Made by a program: the position numbers and the translations under genes. From positions 1 through 61,660 of the forward strand of contig JAYNIA010000001.1 in assembly GCA_038108555.1 (NCBI GenBank): 61,660 bases of DNA. The letters are read 5' to 3'. Below the pieces are notes generated by a model. The model was given only the letters and a program-made list of their open reading frames with translations, had not been told where the DNA came from and searched no databases. Positions 29,201 through 39,051 of the stretch are shown piece by piece (position 1 is the stretch's first letter; each line of letters opens with the position of its first letter). The DNA is from Nitrospinota bacterium. GTDB taxonomy: Bacteria > Nitrospinota > Nitrospinia > Nitrospinales > VA-1.

Positions 29201-31902
29201 CGGGAACGGGCACCACCACCATATCCGGCGCTCTATCCACTACCAGTAATGCTCTTACCATTACTGCCGGGGATTTGAGTTTAACCGGTTCCATTAACAC
29301 GGGCACCAGTTCCACCACCATCAGTGTTGCGAATAGCGGAAGTTTGGGGCTGGGATTTACCTCCGGGTTTTCGGGAATGAATATCAGTAATGCGGAGCTG
29401 GCTTTAATCACCGGAGATCTCAACCTGGTCAATGGCAGCATTACCGTTGAATCCGGAACCTCTGTAAACCTTACCGGCAAACTGGTTTTAGGACAAAGCG
29501 GTGGAACCATTACAGGTAACGGAGCCATGACTATAGCTGCCACTAACGGGCTTGCTATTGATAGCAGCATCACCGCAACAGGAAGTATTTCGCTGGATGG
29601 TGATTCGAACAATTCCAATGAAACCGGAGATGGAATCACTCTCGGCTCGGGTGTCTCGCTTACCTCTTCAGAGGGATCGATTACGTTGGATGCTACTAAC
29701 GGTGGAATCACAGCACCAGGAGCGGTCACTTTAGATGCTGCAAGCACCATCACTTTAAATGATGATTTTACTGCATCGGGGGCTATACAAATTAAATCAA
29801 ATGGGCTGACGATTGGTGGCTCGACTCTTAGTAGTGGCACTGCTTCCACTACCATTCTTACCTCTACCGCAGGAACTACGATTGGATTATGTGGTGCAAC
29901 GTGTTCGGGAAGCTTTGGCTTTAGTCTGACCTCCACTGAATTTGCAAAAATTACTGCCGGCAGCCTTATTATAGGAGATAGCAGCAATGGAGACATTACA
30001 GTAGAAGGGGTCACCACAAGTATAGCAACCGTGACTCTAAACGCTACCAACTCTGCTGGTCGATCAGTAACCTTCAATACCGGGACTTCAAACTTCCAGG
30101 GCCTCACAGTCAATGCAAGTAACGGAGTCCTCCTTTCATCCGGGGTCACCACACAAGGAACTACCAGTTTCAATTCGGATACCGATGCTGAAACAAACAT
30201 TGGGGGCGACTTCACACTGGCTGCGAGCCAAACTCTCAATACCACAAGCAACTCACTATCTATAACCGCAAATGATATAGCTTTAGGCGCAGGAAGCTCT
30301 ATTAACTCGGGAACAGCAGGTACAACTTTATTAGCGGCCAAGTCAGGAAGAACCATTGGGCTAGGTTCAGGCACAGGTGATTTCTCATTGTCCGATACAG
30401 AACTTGGCCTGATCACTGCCGCAAGTCTCACTGTAGGAAACAGTTCGAACGGAACGATTACCCTGGCAGGGGTGACATCTTTAACAACCCCTTTAACCCT
30501 TAACGCAACCAGCTCAGGTAGTGCCATTAACTTTACAACTACTGCTTCAACGGGACTGGGCGACCTGAACCTCAACGCAGGAACCGGAGGGGTTGATTTT
30601 GGAGTCGATGTATCCTCCACAGGTTCTCTGACTATTAACTCTGATGGCACCATTGGAGGGGCCGGAATTTTAACGGTTGGTGGGACAGCCAGTCTCAACA
30701 CAACTGGAAGCAGTAATGCAACTGTTACAAGTAATAGCGCTCTTACATTAGGTGCGTCCACAGTTGGAGGAAGTTTGCAGGTAACCACTGGCGGAGATAA
30801 TTCGCTCAATGTTAACGGAGCCCTGCAAGTCAGCGGCAATACTACCCTTCTTGCCGATGATGATATTACTTTCACTGCATCAGGTGACATCACCACCACT
30901 TCTGGAAATATTATCGTAACCGCAGATAATGATTCGGATAACAACGGAAGCGGCGGCGCTATCACTATGGATCAGGGAGCAACATTCAGCACAAACACAG
31001 GAACCCACGCTTTATCAGCAGATGAAGATATTACTTTAGGTTTAATTACCACCGGCAATTCTTCAGACACCTCGATTACCTTAACCTCAACCAGTGGAGG
31101 CGTTCGCGACGGTGATACTGGCAGCCTGGATATCAGTACAAGTGGAAGACTGGTAGCGGACCTGGTAACGGGATTCGGAACCTCCAGCAATGCCATAGAA
31201 ACAAATTTAACCTCGGTGGATATCGATAACACCGGGACAGGTGACATTAATATTTTTGAATCAAATGAAATCAATATCTTCAAAATCAACCAAACAGGAA
31301 CAGGAAACATCACCGTCTCCTTCATTCGGGAAGCTACCAACCAGCAAAATGCAACGGCGGCTACGGGTTCAGTTAAATTTACCCGCCGAGACACAGAATT
31401 TTTACCGGTTGGCGACAAAACATTAGGGGATCGTGCTGATGAAACTACGGTACAGTTGTTTCCCAGATTCGAAATTCCCGAACCCACTTACCTTGAGGTC
31501 GATCCAGCCCGGGCAGTCTCAATAGATCTCCCTCCTCTTGATTTATTTAGCGAAGCAAAACTTCTGGTGGAAGTGGATGAAAAAACAGCGGTCTACTTTG
31601 ATGGTCTGGAAAAACTTGAAAATGTCTGGGAAGGAACAGGAATTGAAAATACCCAAATCGCCCAGAGAAAACGATCTGAAAGGAAAGTTTTTACACGACG
31701 GCCCGAAACTACATTCGAAGAAGAACAGATTGCTGATATTTCATTTAGAAAATCTCCCCAAGATTCCTTTAGCACTTCTGAAGAAGATTCTGGAAGGGAA
31801 AAAGCCTCTTACCAATCCACCCCAAGAGTTCGGAGAAAATCCAGAGCTCCCAAACCTTTATTCAGCATGAGCAAAGCTGGCCCTTTTGGTTTTCTACCCT
31901 GA
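26281..31902 (+). CDS. Filamentous-haemagglutinin-family TpsA exoprotein (about 1870 aa)
   Basis: TPS domain (IIDWNSFNI, LNRITGNDPSQILG, VNPNGV), GGFVEVSG, GTLLLDP, long G/S/T-rich beta-helix repeats; follows TpsB. Confidence 0.93.
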   Translation: MNVFKMNQIAFGRTTPGENTAIPASSRPLPSHPRQVFQLSRKPGNWSIFLVSFLTYLVGIFPSMVFALPSDPTIQSGTVTIDTVTPDKMNVYQSTNKAIIDWNSFNIDTHEHVDFQLSQGGVTLNRITGNDPSQILGKLTSNGDLWVVNPNGVIFGNNAQVDVRGLVATTSNITNSNFLSDNYKFDIPASFSNSIVNQGTITAAEGGLVALVAPGVQNMGVINARLGKVSLASGKTFTLDLYGDQLINLGVDSKVVNQVTGMDGEVLSSLVSNSGNIFADGGVVRLDVNAAQDIVDHVINMDGVIQARSVVEKNGKIILMGGEEGQVHVSGTLDASGYGTGETGGEINVLGHLVGLYGTGFIDVSGDSGGGTLLFGGDYQGKGTVPNAWETYIGPDTHIFADAVNYGDGGRTIFWADRRMHFQGIVKGRGGKYFGDGGFVEVSGKEELYFDGSVDTSAANGKTGTLLLDPDTITVANGSGATTASGAATFTTIYENTLESVAATNNIILQADNEIIIADLSDNNLNLKQGNGNTVTFQTLKNSISRDSNSNITSSTGAIRFLDSNDTITTQGGDIIFLAKGDLTIANLVSNGGDISITGRTLNLVGTINSGTGNVTIGSDTDIFLGGSALTGCGVGFANLCDMSIVQSELNNISGNKLTIGGTLNGDITVDGVTLTSFSDGVVLDVNTHVSGSEGAIVFKADSSFSSLEAKAVNGINVNSNITTTTGALSLNGDSDSGVDSIDPKDNITFASGVSLTSASSISLSAITGGMQATAGLTLNAPTSITTTGNLTAAGAVSLTANSGINLNGGITTSSGNLTINANSSTLALGSGITLSSAGALSLSAGNTTSAGALILTSTGSTINVDNALVSQGAVTMTANSGLTLGDSTLTATGNINLQGGTSLTLASGMNISGANITLAGSTISVNSGSLTLNSTGSITASNSISSVTSASLTATSGITMAGLSANGTVGLNSGTGTTTISGALSTTSNALTITAGDLSLTGSINTGTSSTTISVANSGSLGLGFTSGFSGMNISNAELALITGDLNLVNGSITVESGTSVNLTGKLVLGQSGGTITGNGAMTIAATNGLAIDSSITATGSISLDGDSNNSNETGDGITLGSGVSLTSSEGSITLDATNGGITAPGAVTLDAASTITLNDDFTASGAIQIKSNGLTIGGSTLSSGTASTTILTSTAGTTIGLCGATCSGSFGFSLTSTEFAKITAGSLIIGDSSNGDITVEGVTTSIATVTLNATNSAGRSVTFNTGTSNFQGLTVNASNGVLLSSGVTTQGTTSFNSDTDAETNIGGDFTLAASQTLNTTSNSLSITANDIALGAGSSINSGTAGTTLLAAKSGRTIGLGSGTGDFSLSDTELGLITAASLTVGNSSNGTITLAGVTSLTTPLTLNATSSGSAINFTTTASTGLGDLNLNAGTGGVDFGVDVSSTGSLTINSDGTIGGAGILTVGGTASLNTTGSSNATVTSNSALTLGASTVGGSLQVTTGGDNSLNVNGALQVSGNTTLLADDDITFTASGDITTTSGNIIVTADNDSDNNGSGGAITMDQGATFSTNTGTHALSADEDITLGLITTGNSSDTSITLTSTSGGVRDGDTGSLDISTSGRLVADLVTGFGTSSNAIETNLTSVDIDNTGTGDINIFESNEINIFKINQTGTGNITVSFIREATNQQNATAATGSVKFTRRDTEFLPVGDKTLGDRADETTVQLFPRFEIPEPTYLEVDPARAVSIDLPPLDLFSEAKLLVEVDEKTAVYFDGLEKLENVWEGTGIENTQIAQRKRSERKVFTRRPETTFEEEQIADISFRKSPQDSFSTSEEDSGREKASYQSTPRVRRKSRAPKPLFSMSKAGPFGFLP

Positions 31903-32754
31903 ACCCTGAATTGAAAAGTATTCCTGATTGGCCATATAGTCTGCATCAATAACTGAAATTTTTCCGTGCTCTGCGGTATCTACTGTTTTTTGAAGGAGAG
32001 AATCGAAATGCCCGCCGGTTTCGGGTTGGCCAACAAGCTCCAGCAATCGTGTTTCAATGGGATCTCTTTTTAAAAGCTTCAACGTTGCTTCATCCGGCCT
32101 CAAGTCAGGGTCGAGATTTTCAAGTGCGACCAGTGGCTCCTCCCCTTCTGCCATACGTTGTTTGATGGCTTCTTCAATGGATTCCTTCCTTCCCATATGC
32201 CGTTTATGTGGAAAATCCGCCTGGGAAAAAATCATGAAATCAAGATTCGGCCAGTAATTATTTATGAAATCATCGAAATCGACTTCAACACCATTACTGA
32301 GGTGAATGTCCCTCGACTGCTCGGGCTTGTCACGGACAAGGCTGTTGTATACCTGAATAATGTTGTGGACCGAATCATATAATACCGTCCAATGGTAACT
32401 ATTGGCAGTTTCATGGGTGCGAAAAGAGTCCATCGATTTAATAAGAGTCACCAAAGTGAAATGCATATCCTCCATTCTTAAAAATGCAGATGCCCACGGA
32501 AACCTTTGACGATACCATTGGTCCAAGTCTGAGGGATACTCCTGCCGGTTACTATCTGCAGGAGGCTGGTAGTCGTTATCAATAAAATTTAAGATGTCGT
32601 CGACTTCCTTATAAGCCAGATCTAATCCGGCCCGGACCACGGTATACGGGAAAAGCTTCCTTTGATATTCCATATAACTTTTTATTTCAGGAAGTTTGTC
32701 TTCCAACGCATGAATATGGTCTCTTTGACCAATGTCCTTGGAAAAAATCAGCAC
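31894..32754 (-). CDS. Hypothetical protein
   Basis: 286 aa ORF with globular-protein composition; no family recognised. Confidence 0.8.
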   Translation of the reverse strand: MLIFSKDIGQRDHIHALEDKLPEIKSYMEYQRKLFPYTVVRAGLDLAYKEVDDILNFIDNDYQPPADSNRQEYPSDLDQWYRQRFPWASAFLRMEDMHFTLVTLIKSMDSFRTHETANSYHWTVLYDSVHNIIQVYNSLVRDKPEQSRDIHLSNGVEVDFDDFINNYWPNLDFMIFSQADFPHKRHMGRKESIEEAIKQRMAEGEEPLVALENLDPDLRPDEATLKLLKRDPIETRLLELVGQPETGGHFDSLLQKTVDTAEHGKISVIDADYMANQEYFSIQGSG

Positions 32755-32779
32755 GGGTTATCTCTTTTTAGGGGAAAAA

Positions 32780-33217
32780 TTATTTCTTTGAGGGATCGAA
32801 ACGCTGGGAAAACATTTTCAGTATATTCTGTTTTTCTTCTTCGCTCATTGATTCTACGGTTTTGCGAATTTCCTGCATTTGCTCCGGGGTCATCTTCCCC
32901 ATCGCATCCTTCGCGGCATCCTGAAATCCTTTTAAATTACTTGCTGCACCTTTGACCCACGAAAAATCATCCTTAGTGGATTCATCCGGGGGTTTGAAAT
33001 CAATTTTCTCCCGCGAACGAAATTCCACATGGTTGCCAATGATCTTTCCAAAAATTTGTTGATCCTGCAAATTATCCAACACATCAGACAGGTTCGTTCC
33101 ATAGTTTTTGCAGGCATCGTAAACCGGCTTGAACGGCAACCGAACTATTTTTTCAGGAAACCCATTCTTTCGAATGGAATGCTTGATACTTTCTTCTGCT
33201 TGATTAGGCTCTGTCAT
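32780..33217 (-). CDS. Hypothetical protein
   Basis: 145 aa ORF with RBS GAGA, co-oriented with the next gene. Confidence 0.75.
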   Translation of the reverse strand: MTEPNQAEESIKHSIRKNGFPEKIVRLPFKPVYDACKNYGTNLSDVLDNLQDQQIFGKIIGNHVEFRSREKIDFKPPDESTKDDFSWVKGAASNLKGFQDAAKDAMGKMTPEQMQEIRKTVESMSEEEKQNILKMFSQRFDPSKK

Positions 33218-33353
33218 ATCTCAATAGCGTTTGATAATGTCCTAAAATTAAACTATTCAACTCTGGCGGTCAGGGTTGATATCTATTGTAGTATAATCTT
33301 CAATACAATTGGCACTATAAATATCCGAAAGTTTTTCAGAAATTAGAAAAATA

Positions 33354-35123
33354 ATGCCCGCACAAAAAAACAAACCCCCGACTTCATTGAAAAAATCCAA
33401 ATCAAAGGGTGGAAATCAAAATTCATCCACAAAAATCAGGGTGGCTCTGGCACAAATGAACTCGGTGGTGGGAGATTTTAATTCCAACAACGAAAAAATC
33501 AAACAACAAATAAAGCAGGCTAAAAAACGGGGAGCGGATGTGGTTCTTTTCCCTGAACTCGCCGTCACCGGATATCCTCCTGAAGATTTGCTGCTAAAAA
33601 AAAGCTTTTTAACCAAAAGTCACCAATCCCTGAAAAAAATTCTTCCCCATTCGAACGGACTGACAGTCCTTATTGGATTTGCAGAACAAAAAGGTAAAGA
33701 GGTATATAATTCTGCCGCCCTGCTTTGCGATGGCAAACACATCACAACCTACCGAAAAATGCTCCTTCCCAATTATGGCGTGTTCGATGAAAAAAGATAC
33801 TTCCATGAAGGAAATTCACCAGTCCGGTTCACATTAAAAGGGGCAACGCTGGGGATCACCATCTGTGAAGATATTTGGGAGGAATCGGGTCCGGGGAAAG
33901 CTTTGTGCAAACAAGGAAATGTTGATTTGCTGTTAAACATTTCATCCTCTCCCTTCCACAAGGGAAAAGGAACCACGCGTAAGAAAATGATCCAGCAACG
34001 CGCGCGAAGTTACAAAACACATATTGCTTATGTCAATCTCGTAGGAGGACAGGATGAACTCGTATTTGACGGTCAAAGCATGGTGGTTTCACCAGAAGGA
34101 AAAATAACAGCTCAGGGAAACTCATTTACTGAAGAAATGGTTTTCTCTGACATCATTATTACCCCCAAACTTCAAAAGAAATTACCTGCAAAATCAAACA
34201 TCCTTTCATTTAAGGTTCCTGCAAGTTTATCAAAGCAGAAAGAATATCCTGTACTTCCTCCTGCAACCTATAACAAAAAATCAGAGGTGGAAGAGATTTT
34301 CTCAGCGTTGGTTCTGGGCACACGAGATTATATTTGTAAGAATGGATTTTCAAAAGTGGCTTTGGGATTGAGTGGTGGAATCGATTCCGCATTAACCGCT
34401 GTAATTGCTGCTAAAGCTTTAGGACCAGAGAATGTAGTTGGAGTATTGATGCCCTCGCCCTACTCTTCTGACGGCAGTGTTGAAGATTCGATAAAACTGG
34501 CAAAGAACCTTGGCATTGAAACGTTGACCCTGCCAATCGAAAAAGCCATGAAGGCCTACGATCAAATTCTCGCAAAAGAATTCAAAGGGACGGATCCGGG
34601 TTTGGCGGAAGAAAACCTGCAGGCAAGGATACGCGGCAACCTCCTCATGGCCCTTTCCAATAAAAAAGGATGGATCGTTCTTACAACAGGAAACAAAAGC
34701 GAATTCAGTGTCGGCTACTGCACCCTCTATGGAGATATGGCAGGCGGATTCGCCGTCATTAAAGATGTCCCCAAAGTCTGGGTCTATAAAATTTCCAAAT
34801 GGATCAATACAGAAAAAGAAATCATCCCGAAAACTATTATCACGAAAGAACCCTCGGCAGAACTGAGGCCCGACCAGAGGGATACCGACTCGTTGCCTCC
34901 CTATGATTTACTCGATCCGATCTTGTTAAAATATATTGAAGAAGATAAATCAGTAGAAGAGATAAAAGTTAAAGGATTGTCGAAGGCAGATATCAAAAGA
35001 GTGGCAAAACTGGTGGATGTGAGTGAGTACAAACGCCGGCAGGGTCCACCGGGAGTGAAGATCACCCCCAAAGCTTTTGGCAAAGACCGACGCCTTCCCA
35101 TTACGAATAGATGTAAAGGATAA
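33354..35123 (+). CDS. nadE: Glutamine-dependent NAD+ synthetase
   Basis: Nitrilase domain (FPELAVTGYPPEDL, YRKMLLPNYGVFDEKRYF, ICEDIW) fused to synthetase domain (SGGIDS, ENLQARIRG, TTGNKSE, PSAEL). Confidence 0.96.
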   Translation: MPAQKNKPPTSLKKSKSKGGNQNSSTKIRVALAQMNSVVGDFNSNNEKIKQQIKQAKKRGADVVLFPELAVTGYPPEDLLLKKSFLTKSHQSLKKILPHSNGLTVLIGFAEQKGKEVYNSAALLCDGKHITTYRKMLLPNYGVFDEKRYFHEGNSPVRFTLKGATLGITICEDIWEESGPGKALCKQGNVDLLLNISSSPFHKGKGTTRKKMIQQRARSYKTHIAYVNLVGGQDELVFDGQSMVVSPEGKITAQGNSFTEEMVFSDIIITPKLQKKLPAKSNILSFKVPASLSKQKEYPVLPPATYNKKSEVEEIFSALVLGTRDYICKNGFSKVALGLSGGIDSALTAVIAAKALGPENVVGVLMPSPYSSDGSVEDSIKLAKNLGIETLTLPIEKAMKAYDQILAKEFKGTDPGLAEENLQARIRGNLLMALSNKKGWIVLTTGNKSEFSVGYCTLYGDMAGGFAVIKDVPKVWVYKISKWINTEKEIIPKTIITKEPSAELRPDQRDTDSLPPYDLLDPILLKYIEEDKSVEEIKVKGLSKADIKRVAKLVDVSEYKRRQGPPGVKITPKAFGKDRRLPITNRCKG

Positions 35124-35164
35124 TTTAAAAAAATGTTTGTTATTCGCTATCCCCGCCAGAGGAT

Positions 35165-35193
35165 TTGCCTGCCCCGTTATGGGGTGGTAGAAT
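35165..35193 (+). promoter_or_regulatory. sigma70 promoter of elbB
   Basis: TTGCCT-17 nt-TAGAAT with extended TGn -10. Confidence 0.55.
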
Positions 35194-35250
35194 TGCCCAT
35201 CAAATAAAAATCAATCTCGTTTCGGGTTATTATATTCAGGGGGACATATT

Positions 35251-35913
35251 ATGAAAAAAATTGGTGTGGTCTTATCAGGATGCGGCGTGTTTGACGGCGC
35301 GGAAATTCATGAATCGGTAATCACTCTTCTGGCAATCGACCGGGCCGGTGCCGAGGCGGTTTGCATGGCTCCCAATGTCGATCAGATGCATGTGGTTAAC
35401 CACCTGACCGGAGAAGAGGCTCAGGGCGAAAAAAGAAACGTGCTGGTAGAAGCTGCACGTATCGCCCGGGGCGAAATAAAAGATATCAGCACCATTAAGG
35501 CAGATGATATTGACGCTTTGGTATTCCCCGGTGGATTCGGTGCCGCCAAAAACCTCTCCAGCTTTGCGGTGAAAGGGGAAAACTGTGATGTGCACCCGGA
35601 AGTGATGCGCCTGGTCAAAGAGTTTGCTGCAAAACAAAAACCACAGGCCGCGCTCTGTATTGCACCGGCGATGATGGCAAAAATCTACGAAAGCGAAACC
35701 GCCAAGCCCACCTTGACCATCGGCAACGATAAGGAATGCAGCGGAAAAATTGAAACCATGGGCAGCCAGCATCAGGAATGTGCGGCAACGGATTTTGTGA
35801 CCGATGAAGCCAATAAAATCGTTTCCACTCCCGCTTATATGACCGGACAAAGCATTTCGGAAGTCGCAGAAGGCATCGAAAAAACGATCAATAAACTGGT
35901 CGGTATGATTTAG
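35251..35913 (+). CDS. elbB: Glyoxalase ElbB (ES1/DJ-1 family)
   Basis: VLSGCGVFDGAEIHE, RNVLVEAARIARG, PGGFGAAKNL, LCIAP, STPAYM. Confidence 0.95.
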   Translation: MKKIGVVLSGCGVFDGAEIHESVITLLAIDRAGAEAVCMAPNVDQMHVVNHLTGEEAQGEKRNVLVEAARIARGEIKDISTIKADDIDALVFPGGFGAAKNLSSFAVKGENCDVHPEVMRLVKEFAAKQKPQAALCIAPAMMAKIYESETAKPTLTIGNDKECSGKIETMGSQHQECAATDFVTDEANKIVSTPAYMTGQSISEVAEGIEKTINKLVGMI

Positions 35914-35953
35914 GGATTTCCGGCCTCCCCGGCTGGATTTCAAATTTTCTTCA

Positions 35954-35979
35954 AAAAGGGGCGTTTTTTCGCCCCTTTT
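35954..35979 (+). terminator. Intrinsic terminator after elbB
   Basis: AAAAGGGGCG-tttttt-CGCCCCTTTT perfect 10-bp stem. Confidence 0.75.
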
Positions 35980-36134
35980 CCACCTTTCAAAGCCCTCTTT
36001 CTTCTTATAATTAAAGGATTTTCCCGTTTTTCCCGTAAAGAAAGATTGGACCCTTGTATATAATAGAACCAAGTAGTGATTCAGGGCCGAAAATTAACAC
36101 TACTTTACCTTTCCTCAAAAAGGCATGAAGCCAA

Positions 36135-37142
36135 ATGGGCGAATTTAAGAAAAAATTATTGATCACTGGCGGTGCGGGATTCATTGGTAGTAACTTCATT
36201 AATTATGTTCACCGATGCTATCCCGATTACAAAATCCTGCTTCTCGATGCTCTGACCTATGCCGGAAATCTGGACAATATCTCTTCCTCATTAAAATCCA
36301 ATTGTCATTTTGATTTTTTTCACGGCAATGTCACCCACCCGGACATTGTTAACAAACTGGTTTCAGAAGCGGATATTGTCGTCCACTTTGCTGCTGAATC
36401 CCATGTAACCAAATCAATTTACGACAACGCTATCTTTTTTGAGACCGATGTCATTGGCACCCAGGTAGTCGCCAATGCTGTGGTAAATAATCCCGTAGAA
36501 TTGTTTGTCCATATTTCCTCTTCGGAAGTTTATGGAACGGCTTTGACCGACCCGATGGATGAAGAGCATCCATTGAATCCTATGAGTCCTTACGCAGCGG
36601 CAAAAGCGGGTGCGGATCGGCTGGTTTATTCCTATATGAAGACTTACGATTTACCAGCGGTGATTGTAAGACCTTTCAACAACTACGGACCCTGTCAGCA
36701 TTTGGAAAAAGCGATTCCAAACTTTATTGTCAGCGCATTGCAGGACAAACCGGTCACGATTCATGGTAACGGCAACAGTTCCCGGGATTGGATGTATGTC
36801 GAAGACACCTGTCAGGCTCTGGATAAAATTTTGCATGTAGACCGGGAAAAAGTTATCGGCCAGGTGATCAATTTAGGAACCGGTACAGATACCAGCGTGA
36901 TTGATATCGGAAAAAAAGTTTTGGAAAAACTGGGCAAACCTGAAAGCCTGATCAAATTTATCGATGATCGGCCCGGACAGGTTTCAAGACATATTTCTTC
37001 CGTTGACAAGTCCAAAGAAATTCTGGATTGGCAGGCACAGGTCAATCTGAATGAAGGCATGGAAAAGACCATTGATTTTTATAAAAACAATCGCCAATGG
37101 TGGGAACGATTTATCTGGATGAAAGAACTTTGGGGAACTTAA
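36135..37142 (+). CDS. rfbB: dTDP-glucose 4,6-dehydratase-like NDP-sugar dehydratase
   Basis: TGGAGFIGSN, DALTYAGN, HFAAESHV, YAAAK, NNYGP, RDWMYVED, DRPG; the usual STDE is SSSE. Confidence 0.8.
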   Translation: MGEFKKKLLITGGAGFIGSNFINYVHRCYPDYKILLLDALTYAGNLDNISSSLKSNCHFDFFHGNVTHPDIVNKLVSEADIVVHFAAESHVTKSIYDNAIFFETDVIGTQVVANAVVNNPVELFVHISSSEVYGTALTDPMDEEHPLNPMSPYAAAKAGADRLVYSYMKTYDLPAVIVRPFNNYGPCQHLEKAIPNFIVSALQDKPVTIHGNGNSSRDWMYVEDTCQALDKILHVDREKVIGQVINLGTGTDTSVIDIGKKVLEKLGKPESLIKFIDDRPGQVSRHISSVDKSKEILDWQAQVNLNEGMEKTIDFYKNNRQWWERFIWMKELWGT

Positions 37143-37165
37143 CTCCAAAAACAGGAACTGAATCT

Positions 37166-37867
37166 ATGCGTGTGGCTATTCTTCAACCCTCCTATTTACC
37201 CTGGCTGGGTTTTTTCGAACAAATGCATCGCTCTGATAAATTTGTTTTATACGATGATGTTCAGTTCACCCGCCGCGACTGGAGAAATAGAAACCGGGTG
37301 CGGGTGAGAGAAGGTTCAGTCTGGTTGACCGTCCCCATCATCCAAAAAAATAAATTTGAGCAGAGTCTACTCGATACCCAAATTGACAATTCGACTTCAT
37401 GGAATCGCAAACATCTGGAAACCATTCGATGCCATTACTCCAAAGCTCCTTATTTCGATTCGTATTTCCCATGGTGCGAGGAAATTTACAACCGCGAATG
37501 GAATTTTTTATTAGATCTTTCTTTAGAAACGATTCAATATTTAAAAGGCCAATTAAAAATAGAAACCCCTCTTCTTCGATCTTCCGAGCTGGGAGTCAAG
37601 GGAAACAAGACCGAAAGACTGATAGGCATTTGCAAACAACTGAGAGCAACCCATTATTTGAGTGGTGATTCCGCCAAAAACTATATTTCAGAAGAAGAGT
37701 TTTCCAATGAGAACATTACCCTGGAATATCAGGAATACCAGCATCCACAATATCCGCAACGCTATGAGGGGTTTGTTCCTTTCATGTCGGCATTGGATTT
37801 ATTATTCAATTGCGGAGATAAAAGTCTGGGCATATTAAAACAAACAGAATCCAGCTGTGCTCAATAA
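37166..37867 (+). CDS. WbqC-family protein
   Basis: ILQPSYLPWLGFF, YDDVQF, WRNRN, WLTVP, YSKAPYF, HYLSG, YPQ, SALDLLFN. Confidence 0.92.
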   Translation: MRVAILQPSYLPWLGFFEQMHRSDKFVLYDDVQFTRRDWRNRNRVRVREGSVWLTVPIIQKNKFEQSLLDTQIDNSTSWNRKHLETIRCHYSKAPYFDSYFPWCEEIYNREWNFLLDLSLETIQYLKGQLKIETPLLRSSELGVKGNKTERLIGICKQLRATHYLSGDSAKNYISEEEFSNENITLEYQEYQHPQYPQRYEGFVPFMSALDLLFNCGDKSLGILKQTESSCAQ

Positions 37868-37869
37868 AA

Positions 37870-39003
37870 ATGAATTTTAAATTCTTACAAAAAATATTAC
37901 CGCGACTGTATTCTTTTCTTCCGTTCTATTTTTCGCCTGAAAAATCATTACCCCCTTTCCAGGCATTCTTTGAAGTGACCTATCGTTGCAATTTGCGTTG
38001 CGACATGTGCCATTATCTTGAAATCATCGACGAAACCGAAACCAATAAAACATATAAAAATGAAATGTCGGCGGAAGAAGTTAAGAAAGCCATTTCTAAG
38101 TTGCCACGGTTTTCTTTGATAACATTTACCGGTGGCGAAGCGTTTATGAAAAGTGACTTCATGGAAATTCTGGAGTTCGCAACCCAACGGCATAAAGTTC
38201 ACATCATAACCAATGGAACCACCCTTAGCGAAAAAGTGGTGGAAGATTTGATGCGCTTGCGGCTCAAGTCGGTTTGGGGATGCGGATTATTTTATATGGG
38301 AGTTTCCATTGAAGGAAACGAAAAACTCCATGACGCCATCACCACCATTCCCGGTTCATTCAATAAAACCAAACAGGGATTGCAAAGACTGGTCGCCCGA
38401 AAAAAAGAATTAAAATCAAAGTTTCCCCTCATTCACCTGACCTGTGTGATCAACAGGGAAAACGTGATGGACCTTGTACCTCTATATGAATATGCCAACA
38501 AACTGGAGGTGAGTGTCTGCAATTTCGTTGTGAGCAGCCCCGCAACTTACTGGCACGGGAAAGATTATGACCAGGACCACCATTTGGAAAAACCAACAAA
38601 ACCGGTGGAAGAAATTGATTCCGAAATATTGCGCGGCCAGTTAAAGCAGCTTGAAATTTTGAGCTCCGAGTTTAAAACCAAATTAAGGTTTTCTCCAAAC
38701 TATATAACCCTTGATGAAATTGTTCGTTACTATTCCAATAAAAGTTCCTATAAGGATTACCGCTGTTATATCCCCTGGGCAAAGGTGGCATTTTCTGCCT
38801 ATGGCGATGTATTCAGCTGCCCTCATTACAGGGTAGGAAATTTAAACAATGGGAGTGGACCCATAGCGTGGAATTCAGATCGAATCAAAGAGTTTCGCAA
38901 CAAATTAAAATCAGAGGGCATTTTCCCCGGATGTTTGGGATGTTGCCAGTCGGAGTACATTGGCCGGGCCACGCCCGTTGGAAGCAAAGAAAAAACAAAC
39001 TAG
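37870..39003 (+). CDS. Radical SAM protein with SPASM/twitch domain
   Basis: CNLRCDMC, TGGEA, TNGT; C-terminal CYIPW...GDVFSCP...CLGCC. Confidence 0.92.
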   Translation: MNFKFLQKILPRLYSFLPFYFSPEKSLPPFQAFFEVTYRCNLRCDMCHYLEIIDETETNKTYKNEMSAEEVKKAISKLPRFSLITFTGGEAFMKSDFMEILEFATQRHKVHIITNGTTLSEKVVEDLMRLRLKSVWGCGLFYMGVSIEGNEKLHDAITTIPGSFNKTKQGLQRLVARKKELKSKFPLIHLTCVINRENVMDLVPLYEYANKLEVSVCNFVVSSPATYWHGKDYDQDHHLEKPTKPVEEIDSEILRGQLKQLEILSSEFKTKLRFSPNYITLDEIVRYYSNKSSYKDYRCYIPWAKVAFSAYGDVFSCPHYRVGNLNNGSGPIAWNSDRIKEFRNKLKSEGIFPGCLGCCQSEYIGRATPVGSKEKTN

Positions 39004-39051
39004 CAGGGCAACCTTGAATCGAAGTTAAGATTTAGCCTCATCACGAATAAT

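Noticed and set aside
28218..31487. Long minus-strand ORFs (220, 663 and 171 aa)
   Set aside because: Antisense shadows of the G/S/T-rich tpsA codons; V/P-rich with no motifs
31380..32754. TpsA as a CDI toxin with the next gene as immunity protein
   Set aside because: No VENN-like delimiter or recognisable toxin domain, and the next gene is convergent rather than co-transcribed
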